From the NCBI RefSeq assembly GCF_009914755.1, contig NC_060926.1: 64,000 bases of DNA, one strand, 5' to 3'. Shown piece by piece: positions 29,348 through 46,204 of this stretch. The stretch's first letter is position 1. Each line of letters starts with the position of its first letter. The notes below the pieces were generated by a model. That model did not search any database, was not told the DNA's origin, and saw nothing but the letters and a program-made list of their open reading frames with translations. This DNA is from the human T2T-CHM13v2.0 reference genome, Homo sapiens. A program made the position numbers and the translations under genes.

Positions 29348-30319
29348 TATTAGACCAGTTAATATATTTAAAAATGTTTCTAATCCACAGAAATGGACTT
29401 ATCTGACACTGTGGGAGATCGGTTAATATAAATTAATTTTCTAGATAGTGGCCATTTCACCTGTAAGCAAATAGTGTCTATTTATTAAAGATAATTTCTA
29501 TACAATGTATATGTTTTCTGCCTATAGAGCATAATTTCATCAATTCTTGATGATCTAAGTTCCTCAGTTGATATTAATCTTATGTGAACAATCAGGAAGG
29601 TAGTATAATGGTTAAAAGAACATAGTCTTAAACCAACTGTTTGGGATAAAATCCTGCCTCTACTATTGTGTAATGTTGAGTGTTACTCAGGTTCCTTCTA
29701 CCTCAGTTTCCTTCTCTGTTAATTGGGGAAATTATAAGTGTTGTTAGTTCTTGTTATTCAAGGCAGTTATATTCTATAAGGTCACCACAAACACTGAATT
29801 AGTAAATACTGGATTATTGTTTTGAGGGGAAATACAGGGGTTAATTTCCTGGAAGCTGATTCATCAACCAATCAATACCTGCATTGTTTTGTGTATGTTC
29901 CTATTTAAAGATAATTTATTTAATATATATAGTTGAATCATTAACATGGACCACATAGACAACAGCACTATCACTTGTGTGTGAACAAAGCTTACTGACA
30001 AATGTACGTTCTCTCTAAGACACATCACAGCCTTTTTGCATTTAGGATCACTAGACAGCACATAGCGCTACAGCCAAGGGCTGTTTTAAATAGGGAAATC
30101 ACCAACAAAAAATCACAGAAGCATGAAAAACATGGCAATAAATAGACTGTTAAAGCCACCCTGTTTATAGTATGAGAGTTGAAACACAAAGGTAGGGCTT
30201 TGCCTAGTTTCAACACAAATGGGAACATGCACATCAGGTGACTCAAATTTTTCAAGCTTCTGCCCATGCCTGTGTCTACAAATGAGCAAAAAGGGCTGTG
30301 AGTATAATTTGGGAGTTAC

Positions 30320-31058
30320 TGTCAAAGATCAACAAAGCTGGACACTAGTTAAAGTGGTAAGATCAGGTGGTAATCAGTAATATACTGCTGCAGAAGGGAA
30401 GAGGGTCTGGCGTGACCTGAATTCAACTTAGATTTGTACAAGGAGGACTGGGCATTTTAAAGAGAGAATTGTAGAATAGGGAGAAGGGTGAGCAGGGACT
30501 CAGTAGAGTCAGGGTAGCAAAAAATTACAAAGTGTTGGTCACTGTAAATGATTCAATCCTCCAGCAGAGACGGGGAGGCAAGCTGTTCCTCCTGATATTT
30601 ACATTTTAAGAGAATGGCTTTCAGGTCCTTTGAGAAACATACTCCTTAATTGTAGGAGACACATAGGTATCTCAAAGGGATAAAGGAAGGATCCACAATT
30701 GTAAGACCTTTGTAGTAAATGCTCTAAAAAAGGTGTCGGGGCTTATCATCAGGTGTGGGCTAGAGTAGTCGATTCTTTTGGCAGCCCTAAAAAAGGTGTC
30801 CGCGGCTTATCATCAGGTGTGGGCTGGAGTAGTCAATTCTTTTGGCAGCCATGAGCTTCCCCAGGCAGGATCTTAAATGGGGCTGGGTCATCCTAGGGAT
30901 GCAGGCTTGATCTAGTGCTTATTCAAGTCTTTTCATAGGAGGGTGGGAGAATTTCATGTTCGCTGACAGCCTGTAGATTTTATAGGCCAAGCATGAGACC
31001 TAGTCAGGGAGTTCCGAGGAGCCTGGCTAGCATTTGAGCAAAGAGAGAATATTTGTGA
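30320..31058 (-). mobile_element. ERV1 solo LTR (MER67C-like)
   Basis: tgtcaaag...ttgtga termini with 4-bp TSD TTAC at 30316-30319 and 31059-31062. Confidence 0.7.
30724..30850. repeat. Two-copy ~63-bp tandem duplication
   Basis: ctaaaaaaggtgtc...ttggcagcc at 30724-30786 and 30787-30850 with few mismatches. Confidence 0.92.
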
Positions 31059-33487
31059 TTACAAATATATTTTATTAAATAGGCAAATTCGCAAATATGA
31101 AATCACAAATAATGAGGGTCGACCGTATTTTCACATTGTTGTTATTTAATTATGTAAATTGCTTAGAACACTAAGCACTCAATAAATGTCTGCTTAAATT
31201 ATAATGTAAGATGTAGGAAGTGTTGAGTTATAAAGCTGTTTGTTTTGATCTTTATCAGCCTGCCTCAGGTTGCTATTTTAATATTTGGTCTTCTTTTTGT
31301 TTTATATTTTCGGTTTTCCAGTTTACTGCCAAGCTTCCACTTTTTCTCACTGTTAGTTTGTGCTACTCTGGCCTTTTAACCCCAGCCCTCCTGCACCCAT
31401 ATTCTTTGCGAAAATGTTTCAGTTGACTATTTAACAAGGCTGAGTGAGGACTTGAAGGCACTCTGAGTTGCTAGCTCTACTATGATCATTTTATTTGTTC
31501 ACCTTTTGCTTTTAGACCCAAGATCCTGCCCGTGTTCCAGGTACTTGAGGTTGTTAGGGGTCTGCCTTTTATGTGAGGTGGATTTTTATGACCATTTGGG
31601 AACAATGTTCAATTTATTAGTATATTTTTATCATCGAGGGTTTTGGCCAAGAACTTCTTTTGTTTAGGAGCTGTGGCCTGGCCATGATCCAACCTGGCTG
31701 AGATGCTCAGACCACGTGATTTTCATACAGACACAGACTGTGGTGAATCTTATGGTAGAGCTTGCGGCAGACTCCATGGTAGATTTTATTTAGATCTCAC
31801 GTCTCCACTGAATAACCAACTGAATTTCATGGCTACAAAGAAAGGAACTATCACATGATGAATTATTTTATATTATTTTTGACAATATAAAACAAATAAA
31901 TGTTTTCATTATAAAAGTATTCTTGACTTTTGAAGTAAAATTTGGGTGTCACTCGAGGACTTTGCCTGGCTAAGGTGCAAAATTCTTGTGAATTTTAAAA
32001 ATAGCTTATATATAAACCTTTACAGAAAACTAGGAGGTGAGGAAAATCCCTCATGAACTTGGATGTTATGAATTGCAGTCTAGGGATTTAAATAGGTTTC
32101 ACTTATGTTCATGTTGGATTGTTAGAGTAGGTATTTCATGAATAATTTTATCTCAGATAAACTCATGATAGATTTTATCATTTTATTTTGGTTCAATTAT
32201 ATAAATGCTATTTAAAATCCAGCTCTTACTAAGGGTTAATATAGTAATGAATTCTAGTATTCCCTTTGAAAACACGGATAGATATTTTTTAATCTTTTTT
32301 TCATGTTCACTTAAAAAATATCTTGCTACTGTCTTTATATCAATGTTTCATAATTCTATTAGCCACATTTTGTTGACCTGCATATTCCTACAAGCCTGAA
32401 TTTTAAGTTACAACTTTGTATTCAATATTAGTAGTATTAAAACAAACATATCAAAGGAAATAAAAACCCTAAAATTTAATGTTTCACAAAGGAACTCTGT
32501 GTTAAAACAGTGTCCTTTTAGAGTTAACATATGTATGGGAGATGCATTTTAAATAAAGATGTATCTGACCTGGAAGAGTAGACAAATCTGCTTTACAGCA
32601 AGTTGAAAGTTTAGAGAAATATTTATCATTCAGTTACCAAAATAACAAATTAAAGCAGCAAGGAAAGAGAAAAGAGAGGAGATGAAAGGAAATAAAGGAA
32701 AACCAAGACGTAAGTTAAGAAAGAGCTATTGCTTGTGAACTTCTTCCTAAAAAATGATAGAAAAAAAAGATAAGAAACAGAAAATTGCATGAGACTTCAG
32801 TGTTTATGTTTTGATGGAAATGTACAAATCATTTTCATTCTTTGCAGTGCTGTCATGCTCCATCACTTTAGTCCATTTTCACCTTCCAAAGAAATTCTGA
32901 ATGGGCCTTCCTTCTCTGGCAGCTAATTAATCTTTCACAAGCCTACTCTTGCAGCCTGTCTGCCAGGGATGCCCCACACCTTAAGCCAGTGACTCACGAG
33001 CAGATTTCTTACCCTCTTGAGCAGTACTTTCTTCCCTTGAGCTATGTGAAGACCTAGCTTTTCTATTTTGTTTCGGAAACTATGTGAGCTGTAATATATC
33101 ATTGAAGAATTGCTCCTTCCCCCCCACCACCATAAGTGAATATAAAGTGTTCCTGAATCATTTAATTGGGTAATAATGACAACAAAGTCTGAATATAAAT
33201 TATGAATGTGTACAGCATTTTACCAATAGTGTATATCATATAGATGTAAGGACACATATTACTAGATTATAAATTCTCTGTGTATATACATTTGTTAGAT
33301 TATCATTGTAATAACACAAATGTACTTATATTTATAATAATGTTGCATTTGCCTAAAAATACTAATAAAACTGCAAATAAAAATAATTTTTAGTCTAATT
33401 AATGGAAGATTTGGTATATGAATTTTTTTTTAAGTTAGAGCATAATTCTTTACAGATTGAAATGCCTCAGTTAAAACAAAACAATAT

Positions 33488-33618
33488 GGCCAGGGATGGT
33501 GGCTCGTGCCTGCAATCCCAGCATTTTGGGAGGCCAAAGCTGGAAGATTTCTTGAGGCCACAAGTTTGAGACCAGCCTGGACAATATAGCAAGACTCTAT
33601 CTCTACAAAAAAAAAAAA
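33488..33618 (+). mobile_element. Alu left monomer (FLAM_C/AluJ-like)
   Basis: Single Alu arm ending in poly(A). Confidence 0.85.
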
Positions 33619-33689
33619 TGTGTGAAATTAAAAAGTTTGGTATACATTCTTTTTGTATGCAAATGTTTCCATCTGTTGTCATTTCAATT

Positions 33690-35690
<2,001 letters not shown>

Positions 35691-36049
35691 TCACAGTTGG
35701 AAGCATAAATCCTAACAAGCCATTTTTATTGTTAGATAAAAGAGATAAAGCAGATTGCCATAGATGAGGCAGAATGAGGGTCGTGAGGGAGGCAGGCTCA
35801 TTGAGAGTTAAAATAGAGCCTGTGATGCTACGGGTATTGCAACATACTACATACATCTGTACTTGAAAGTAAAGCAAAAAAATGGAGAAGAGATACACGT
35901 CAGGGATTGGGTCAACAGCACACGAGGTGAAAAGATTTTGTAGGAGACAACAAATCTGAATAGAAGTCAGTGCCTTTCTCTCCTTCTGCCAATTAATTTT
36001 CCCACCTTTTGCCATTAATCTTTAGAAAACAGCTATCCCCCAATAGCTG

Positions 36050-36900
36050 TCCTCGTAAGTCATAATAAAAAGAAACCAACCAGATTTTATAAAGAATTGC
36101 AAAAATTGAAGAGTAAATGAATAAAACTCCAAATTTCAGTGAAGAACATGAAGTGCATAAAGGAATCACCTGAGTAAAGATATGAAATCAATAATTCACA
36201 CAAAAGTACTCTGTTTCCAAAGAAATTACTGAAATGCTATATTTTAAATTGTTTTTATATAATAAAATGTCAAAAGAGTTAAAATATTTTATTATGATTT
36301 GTAAGATGATAGATGCAAATAAAAAGCAGACTGAAAAAGATCAGGAAACAAGTGAACTAGAAAACAGAAATAAAAGCTTTTGATTGCTCTTCCCCTACCC
36401 AACACACAAATAGAATAAACATAATTGAGAGTTATAAAGAACAGATATTAAAAATGAAAAAAATAAGAATTGTAGAGAAAATATTAAACGTAAAGGCAAA
36501 TTAGACAAAAAAGGACATAGTGTTTCTAAACAAAATAAATGGACTAAATTGAGGAGAAAGAGAAAAAAAAGTCACAGGGGAAGAAACTTTCCTGGAATAA
36601 TAAAAGTCTAGGCATAATAGGTGGACCTTTGCATTAGGGTATGCTGTGCTAAAATTTCTGAACTTCAGTATTTGGGAAAGAAACTGTAAGGGCTCTTGGG
36701 CGTAAACAGCAAACGAACCCCAAAGAAGGTTGGATGGGAGATTGGAGAGATTAGACTGACCTCAGACTTTGCAGTACTCTAACAGTGAATTGTTTCTCCA
36801 CAAACATTTGAGGAGGTCAGGTGACCCAAGAAATTATAACCAGCGAAACTGCTGTTGAAGTACTGAATAATCATTAAACTGTATAAAAGTATGGATGCAG
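36050..36900 (+). mobile_element. HAL1/old L1 ORF1-like fragment
   Basis: agactgacctcagacttt...gacccaagaaattataaccagcgaaactg resembles L1/HAL1 ORF1. Confidence 0.4.
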
Positions 36901-37611
36901 AGGATTAATTTAAACATATATTAAACACTAGGAAGATGGGGAAGGAGGGACGCTGAGTTTGAGCTTTGTGATTACAGATCAAAATATGTGATGATTTTTG
37001 ATATTCTAAATTTAACAATAAGATTTTTTTAAATTTCAGAGGTGAGTAAAAAGAAAGTGGGAGGAACATAAATACGTTATTTTCCTTTTTTCACTATACT
37101 TTTTATAAATGAAATGTTATTAAAATAATATACTTTAATATTTTTCTTAATGTTATCTTTTAGATAGTGATAGATCTTGTCTTGTAGTAAGAAAGTATCT
37201 ACGTGACTTTCAGCAATGCCTTTAGTTATACTTATTTTATTGTTAAATTTCATATAATTTAATAATTTACCATTTTAATATAATAGGAATAAAATTCTTA
37301 ATTTTTATCTCTCTCTTTTTCTCTCCCACCTCACCTCTCTGTCTCTCCATAGAGCTATAACTACAGTAATTATACTAATATTTAAAGATGATTATTTCAA
37401 GATAGTGGGCTTTGGAATAGAAACTTAAAAAATGTTCATACTTACATTTTTAGATTCATTAAAAATAGCAGGTAAAATTTGTACATAAAACAGTAATTTT
37501 TTAAAAGAAAATAACTTATTCTGTAAGTTTTGGCACTCTCCTCAAAAAAGATTAAATGTCATAAGTAAAACCCAAGTATACTCGTAAATATTCTAATATA
37601 TTGGTATACTT

Positions 37612-37816
37612 CTTGGGTCAGCAAACTTTTCTTCAAAGGGCTATGAATTAAATATTTTTGATTTGTGGACCATATTATCTCTGTTGTGGCTATGCAACTC
37701 TGTTACTGTAATGGGAAAGCAGCAATAGACAATATGTAAACAGACTGGCATATTCCAATAAAACTTTATTTACAAAAATAAGCAGTCAGTTCTGGGTCGT
37801 GGTTTGTTGACCCCTG
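37612..37816 (+). mobile_element. MER58A hAT transposon
   Basis: gggtcagcaaactttt...ttccaataaaactttatttacaaaaa...gtttgttgacccctg. Confidence 0.85.
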
Positions 37817-38144
37817 GTATACACATCATCAACTTTAGTGATTAAAATATTATCAGCCTATCTGTGAAATACTGAGGTAAGGAAACTAATACAAAATATT
37901 CCTGATGTATTGATTTTATATTCTTGCTCCAAATACTTATTACTGTAATACTTAGCTTTGATGAGAAAGGGAAGTGTTGCTAAATAATTTACATACATAT
38001 TCATATACATGCAAATTTTCATATCTTTTGATGTCTCAAAAATGCTGACATTTAAGAAAGGAAGGGCATATTTTGCTTCTTACAGTTCATATGTGCTGTA
38101 CTCAAGCTGACTTCTTCCTTCCCATTTTACATTTCTAACTTTGA

Positions 38145-38320
38145 TCTCAGAATGTAGGAGCTGGACAGGATCACCGAGTGCATCAGGTAAATAATTTCAT
38201 TCACACAAGAAGAAAATTTACGGCCACTAAAGTTAAACGGTTACCATGCTAGTTCTTGCCAAAGTCAGGACTGGAATTCAGTCTCCTGGCTCCCATTGCA
38301 GAGTTTTGCCCACTACACTA
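38145..38320 (-). mobile_element. MIR/MIR3 fragment
   Basis: gtcaggactggaattcagtctcctggctccc...ccactacac. Confidence 0.55.
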
Positions 38321-38361
38321 TATTATTGTACATGGCTTGGTTCAAGCCACAGAGGAACTAA

Positions 38362-38781
<420 letters not shown>

Positions 38782-39042
38782 TGACTGATTATTATATTAG
38801 GAATGCATTTATATTGACTCCTCTGTTCTGAGTACTTACTAGTTATCCTGATTCTATTTGTTCTCTATTTTAAAAGTAGGTTTATAAATAAAGTTATTTA
38901 AGAGCAATCAGTCATTACACATGAGGAGTGGTATTGCTCTATGTATACTCCGTTTCATTGAGAAACAGCCTTTTCGTAAAATGGCAAAAAAAACACAGCT
39001 GCAGTTATCCCTTTCTTCTGGGTCATTTCTAATAGTTTAGAT

Positions 39043-39230
39043 CAGTGGTTCTCAAACTTTAACATGTATCAGAATCACTTGAAGAGCTTGCTAAAACACA
39101 GATTGCTGGGGCCTCCTCCAGAGTTTCTGATTCAATAGGTTTGGGATGACGCCTGAGAATTTGCATTTCAGACACGTTTCCAAGTGACAGTGATACTGCT
39201 AGTCTGGGTAAAAAATTTTAAAAACCACTG
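39043..39230. mobile_element. MER5A hAT transposon
   Basis: cagtggttctcaaactt...aaaaccactg TIRs, with catcagaatcac-like and aatttgcatttc motifs. Confidence 0.85.
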
Positions 39231-39362
39231 GGTTTAAATTCTCAGCCCTAAAGGCATATTATAATTACCAGGAGAGGCATTAATCCACTAATTAATTCCC
39301 AGGCTCCATCATCAATTGGCATAGAATGTCTAGGGCTTGAGACTGGGTATGAGTATTTTGTC

Positions 39363-39710
39363 TTTTTTTTTTTTTTTTGGTTTAAGTAATTAATCGGTGC
39401 ATTAATAATTGTACATATGGGGTACAATTTGATGTTTCAATACATATCTGTGGTGTAGAGAGATCCAATCAGGGTAGTGACTGTATCCATCACTTCATGC
39501 ATTTACCACTTCTTTGTGGCGAGAACTTTCAAAAGCGTTTCTTCTAGCTGTTTTGTAATATACAATATTTTAATGTTAACCATAGTCACCCTACTGTGCA
39601 ACAGGACACCAAAATTTATTCCTCCTATCTAATTGTAACTTTGTACCCACTGACCAGTCTCTCCCTATTCTCCTGTCTCTTTTCCCTCCCCCAGTCTCTG
39701 GTAGCCACTG
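39363..39710 (-). mobile_element. L1MA 3' end inserted in a MER5B-like element (~39238-39757)
   Basis: Poly(T)...aattgtacatatggggtaca...aaccatagtcaccctactgtgc; MER5-like sequence resumes with caggtgattctaat. Confidence 0.8.
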
Positions 39711-40096
39711 AAGTGCCTCAGGTGATTCTAATATATAACCAAGTCGGAGAAGCAATTAAGAAAAGTAATGACTGAAAAAGTTTATTTTGTCTGATGAATT
39801 AGTGCAAAATTTTTTAAACATATTCCTCTATTATGTGGGGATAATTTTTATACTGTCATTTCATGGTAAAGTATAAATGAGATAGTATAAAGATGACTTT
39901 ACCAAGTGATTCCATAAATTGAAGGTAATTTGAGTGTAGTTTTATGCTACTAATCGTATAAAGTGCTGAGAATATAAGGTAGCTATAGAATTTTACTTTT
40001 AAAATGTTGTTATTGTAAAATTTTTGCCATTAATAAAATTATTTCATGCCTCAGTTCCTTAAATTATTTTTATTAGCATTGTATAGACAGCATAGA

Positions 40097-40103
40097 TACT
40101 AAC
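40097..40103 (+). promoter_or_regulatory. Branch point of the exon's 3' splice site
   Basis: Perfect TACTAAC about 30 nt upstream of the acceptor AG, followed by a pyrimidine tract with no intervening AG. Confidence 0.8.
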
Positions 40104-40133
40104 TCCTAAAATTCTTAATTTCTCTCTTTATAG

Positions 40134-40260
40134 TGAAAGATGCAGATGTACTTTGTATGGACATACAGATTCTGTGAACAGCATTGAGTTTTTTCCTTTC
40201 TCCAATACTCTTCTCACAAGCTCTGCAGACAAGACCCTGTCTATATGGGATGCAAGAACA
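40134..40260 (+). CDS. SPAG16: Internal coding exon of SPAG16 (WD40 repeat; likely exon 13), 127 bp
   Basis: Acceptor tttctctctttatag (AG 40132-40133) and donor ACA|gtaagc at 40261. After 1 nt completing the upstream codon, 42 open codons ERCRCTLYGHTDSVNSIEFFPFSNTLLTSSADKTLSIWDART with the GH...WD signature; peptide recognised as SPAG16. Confidence 0.93.
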
Positions 40261-40474
40261 GTAAGCAAATCATTCACTTTTTTTCCCAGCTTTTGATAAG
40301 TCTGATTACTCTCGGTCATTCTTTGGGTATGGAATATGACTTAAAAAGTGATTGTGCAAGGGCATTCAGGGCAAAAGAACAGTAAAAAGTTCATAATTAC
40401 AAGATCCTTTCTATGCACTTGTATCCATTCTGCCTTCCAAATGTGATCAGGTAAAAATAATATGATTATCTCAT

Positions 40475-41005
40475 TAAGCATTATTTCAACAATTATTTAT
40501 TGCGATAGAAGCTCTGCTGGTTCATGGGATACAAAAGGGAAATACACACTGTGCCCCCTCCTTAAGGATCTTTTAGCTAGGTAAAGGAAGAGAAACGAGA
40601 GATTATTTTGATGAAATGAGACATGCGTTAATAAAATGGAAGACTATCTAAATACAGGGGGAAAGCAAGGAGGAGGATTCATATCTGCTGGAAGAGTGTG
40701 GATGGCTTTCAAAGGAGCCTAGGCTTGAGCTAAGATCTGGAGGGTAAGTAGGATATATAGGTCATCTGGAGAGGGGTAGATTTAGGAGAGGGCAATACAT
40801 GCTCAAAGCCATAGAGATGTGAGGCTGCAATGGCATGTTCTGACAGTAATGATATAAATGGAAAGAGCTTAAGGAAAAAGAGGCATGATAGGCAAGAATG
40901 TACAGAGACAAAACAAGATCATGACGTATTTGATTAAAGTCTTAAACTATTTCCGAGAGAATTAAAGAGCATTAAGCAAACAGGGTGACATAATCGGATT
41001 TACCT
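40475..41005 (-). mobile_element. L2 fragment (continues after ~42010)
   Basis: caacaattatttattg...ggcttgagctaagatctggagg...taagcaaacagggtgacataatc. Confidence 0.6.
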
Positions 41006-42009
<1,004 letters not shown>

Positions 42010-42208
42010 CCCTTTTTAGAAGATGATTTTGATAAGGAAGTAAGAGAGTCAGTCATGTGAGGAATCTAATATAACAGGCTATGAGTGGATGAGAATTTGA
42101 GCTAGGAAACAGCGTAGATGAAAAGGAGAGAATGCATTAAGCATAGGAAGTTTATCCAAATTTGGAGAGTGATTGGAGGTGAAGATTATGTGGGGAGGAG
42201 GAGGAGTT

Positions 42209-42305
42209 TAGGGTGAGAAACTTTTCCAATTTGTCTAGGAATGAGGGTTTTCCTGAGTCATGAGATTTTCAGAGCTAAAATTGGACAGAACTGGATTACT
42301 GGTAG
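42209..42305 (+). mobile_element. MER81-like hAT relic
   Basis: tagggtga...aatttgtctaggaatgagggttttcctgag...tttcagagctaaaattgg. Confidence 0.5.
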
Positions 42306-42335
42306 GTTCAAGAGTGAATTTGATTTTAATAAAAG

Positions 42336-42693
42336 TGTTTTAGTCTGTTCTCACCCTGCTGATAAAGACATACCCAAGGCTGGGTAATTTATAAAGGAAG
42401 AGGTTTAATGAACTCACAGTTCCTTATACCTGTGGAGGCCTCACAGCATGGTGAAAAGTGAATGAGGAAGCAAAGTCACGTCATACATGGCAGCATGCAA
42501 GAGAGCATGTGCCGGGGAACTCACCTTTATAAAACCATCAGAGCTCGTGAGACTTATTCACTATCACGAGAACAGCATGGGAAAAACTCACCCCTGATTC
42601 AGTTACTTCCCACCAGGTCCCTCCCATGACATGTGGGGATTATTACAATTCAGGGTGAGATTTGGGTGGGGAACACAAAGCCAAGCCATATCA
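42336..42693 (-). mobile_element. THE1C-type solo LTR
   Basis: THE1 similarity; near-TSD aaaag/caaag. Confidence 0.87.
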
Positions 42694-45600
42694 CAAAGTA
42701 AACAACATGTAGGGACTACACTTTCAAACAGTTTGGCTGTGAAGATGAATAGGAGAAAAGATTGTAGCTCTAAGATCAAATAAAGGATCCTCCTTTGTTC
42801 AGATAGGAGACAGCATGTTTATTTGCTTATGGGTAAGATCGGGGAGATGAAATGAAAATGTAGGAAAGAGAAAAGATAACAGAGTTTATTGTGCACAGAT
42901 TTTCATAACTTGAAGAATGCCAATATGTGTAAAACAAGGCCTCCATATTCTTCTTAGTGATATTTTATAAAGATCACAAGAGAAACAATGACTACAGTTG
43001 ACTCTATAAGAAAAGAATAAATATTCATAATTTCTGGTTCCTGGGTCAATAAGAAAGAGAAATGTAATTTCTCCCATTTTATTTCCCATATACAAAACGT
43101 GATTTATATAAATAAAGGAATATGGTAATGGACATGCAGATGGTGTTAGGAGGGATGCAAGTTCAGTATGTGAAGCCCTGTTTAGACCTCTGAGGCCAAT
43201 TTATTTAGGATATATGAAGAACAAAATATGCTCAGCACCACACATTATAGAAAAAACTAAGGTAGAGCTACCCATGTCTTGGTGACCAACTTCACATGTT
43301 GCAGAGATTTAAACTTCTGAGGAAGCAGAAGTCAAGGGGGCATTGTGGAAAGAGTGCATCAGGCGTGACTTAAAAATAAAATCAGGATGATTTTTTGTTA
43401 GGTACAAAGGTCCGACAATCTCCTCCTTGCTTTAAAATAGCTTCTCAGACATTGATGCAGTGGAGTTTGCTCCTGCTAATGGAGCGTCAATGGAAAAGTA
43501 AGATTTTCAATATATTTTGAACTAAAAACTTAGATGTGAAGTTTGTATAAAAGTGATTGGTAGAGGAATATCCATAGAGAAAATATTAATTTAGCAGTGA
43601 CCTAAATTCTATTGACTTCAAGGTTTTTTTCTCTCTCTCTCAAGTGCTATAACTGAGTGTTCTAGGAAAGTCTATATCTTATTTACTTTCTCTTATGTGA
43701 AAAACAGAAGCACTAATGCTTAGAAGTAAAACTGCTCTAATTTTAAAAAGTTTCCTCTCATATATATCTGCCTTGAATGCATACAGCTGTTTATTGATGG
43801 TGACCTTCCTCCCTCCCTGAGGTTCTGAGCTCTTTCTGTGCTATCCTTATTCCCTGAAGTATCAGGAGAAAAAGAGGGATTCAGCACAGCACAGTACCTT
43901 CAGCATAGTGCAATTGCATATGCATTGAATGTAAAAGCATAGAAGGGTTTGCAAGTCCCATTTGCATGACTTTAATCAACATAAATATTTTTAAGTTGAC
44001 TTAATGGCAAATTAAAATGTATATCACTACAATTATTATTGCTATTTTGTTACTATTATGCATGCTAGCTTTATATTAATTAATACTAGAAAAAAGGCTC
44101 TAAAATATTTTGGTTTAAATGAAATATGATTCCTAAATGTATCATAAATGCATCATTAATGAGAAATAAAGTTCATTTAATGGGTTTATTTTCTAAAAAT
44201 ATTTTCAAACCAAGTAGAAAAAAATTTAAATTGATAGCTATGTACTGTAAAAAACTGGCATATAATGCAAAGGAAACTCATTCAACTTATTAATTACTAG
44301 ATAATATAAATTGTTAACGAAAATATTGATATAAAATTCTACAAGTGAAATACGATAATCCAAAAATTAAACAGAATCATTCCACTAACATTGCATTAGG
44401 CAACTGTGGCGACTTCATTTCAGATATAGCTAATTTATTAAAAAACAAAACAAAACAAAAAAACTTTAAATCACCCAGGTTTTAAAAAATTTATACTGTT
44501 ATATACATTGTTTTTAAAAGACAAAGACACGTGTTATATGTTGTCTGTATAATATGGAATTGTTAGTTGTTTTTTATCCCAGTGGTTCATAAACAAGTTA
44601 AAATAAATTTACATTTTTAGTTAAATAGTAAGAGATTTTGAAAAGGGTAACCAGATTAGCTAAAGTTTTTTTCTATGTTGTAATGATAAGAACAGTATAA
44701 CATATTGATATGGATGACATTATTTGATTTGCAACATCAACTGAATCCATGGTATACTGGCATGCTTCTTCTTTATAATTTTTAAAATATGTTAATTCCT
44801 TGATACATGATAAATTGTCAGGTTATCCTGAAGGTCTGGACCTAAAAGGAGATTAATGACTTTCTTCTATTAGTGAAGCAGTAATGGTACATTTTGTCAC
44901 CTCAATGTGATCAGTTACTATTGAGACACCCTCTGAAATATTTTTTGATGAAATGTGAAAATGACCAGTGGATTATATTCCTATAAATTAGTTTTAAACC
45001 TCCTTCTCCCACTCTCAAACATATACTAGTTTTAAATCATTAATATGATCTAACACCTTTATTATCAAAGATAATTAATGTGGAGGCCTAAGTCAGTTTC
45101 CAAGTCAACTGGACATATCAGCTCTGAATTTTGTAGAGGATGAAAAAAGGGATATAAATCTCTATAATTACCAAATGGAGGCTACAAAATAACTTGCAGT
45201 TTGGAAACTCATGAAATTGCTCAGTTTTACAGGACTGCATGTATTTTTCTTCAAAGTTATAAAACCGTAAGACTATTTTATTAAAATTGAAAGATAAGAT
45301 TGCTTTATTGTCAGAAAGTGATATATCACATAGCAAACTGAATGAGAAATTATAAGGCCTACCTAAAGGCAGTAAGAAAAGGCTCAATGTACATACAGTG
45401 ATTTGGAAGCCTGTTTAAAATAAATGCAATGAGATTGTTAGTCATCCACAAACCCAGTGAAAATATTAAGGCTTTTTTTTTTTAAAGAAAAGAATGTTTT
45501 CAATATACAGTAAAACACAGAATGAGAATGAGATGAGTAATACATCTATGAGTTGTGTCAGAGCTGGGCTGGCAACAGTCAGAGTTGCTGACATTTTGTC

Positions 45601-46204
45601 TCTTGCCATGAGTCAGACACAGAGGGTTCATGACCTGGACTGCCTTTAGTGGCCATTCCTTGCTCCTTAGACTAACTGCGGGCACTTGTCCAGCTTACAG
45701 CATTCTCCTGACTTAGCTTTGGCCAAAAGATCCAGTAACTTGTCACTGCGAGTTTCTATAAAGTGGATAAACAAGGAACTCACAAAAAGAGTTAACCTGT
45801 TGGCTCCTGTTTGGTGCCAGACCCATGTCTGCTCTACAGTTCATCCTGCACCCTGCATAGGCCTGTTGGTTTTCATAGATAGGATCTGGTGAACTCTAAG
45901 AGGAGCCTAATATTCAGAATCCAGAATGTGGAAACAAAGGGAAGCTTGTACCTCTCTCTTTTATCCCTCAGCCATATTTGATTTAGTAATGTTTACTGGA
46001 GATCTATGTGCTAGGCAACATCCTAGGTTCTCGAGAGGTGACTGTGACAGAATCCCTGCCCTCAATGAACACACAGACTCTCAGGGACAATGTATAAAGA
46101 TAAATTATCTTAAAATAATGTAGTAATTGCTATATATTCTATATAACTATAGCTTTGGTTTTTCTGTGCCAAAGCTCACTGTCTCAAGAGCTGATTGATG
46201 GTTA

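Larger units (their letters stand above)
29741..31125 (+). mobile_element. MER82 TcMar-Tigger transposon split by an LTR
   Basis: Consensus similarity resumes at 31059 (ttacaaat...gcaaattcgcaaat...aatgagggtcgaccg, then TA). Confidence 0.8.
29598..31195 (+). mobile_element. MIR split by MER82 (pieces ~29598-29740 and ~31128-31195)
   Basis: 5' half ending cctcagtttccttctctgttaattgggg; 3' half gtaaattgcttagaacac...gcactcaataaatg. Confidence 0.65.

Noticed and set aside
30724-30850. Direct repeats as a possible CRISPR-like array
   Set aside because: Two adjacent copies with no spacer, inside a mammalian LTR.
40128-40319. 63-aa minus-strand ORF over the exon
   Set aside because: Antisense shadow of the real + strand SPAG16 exon.
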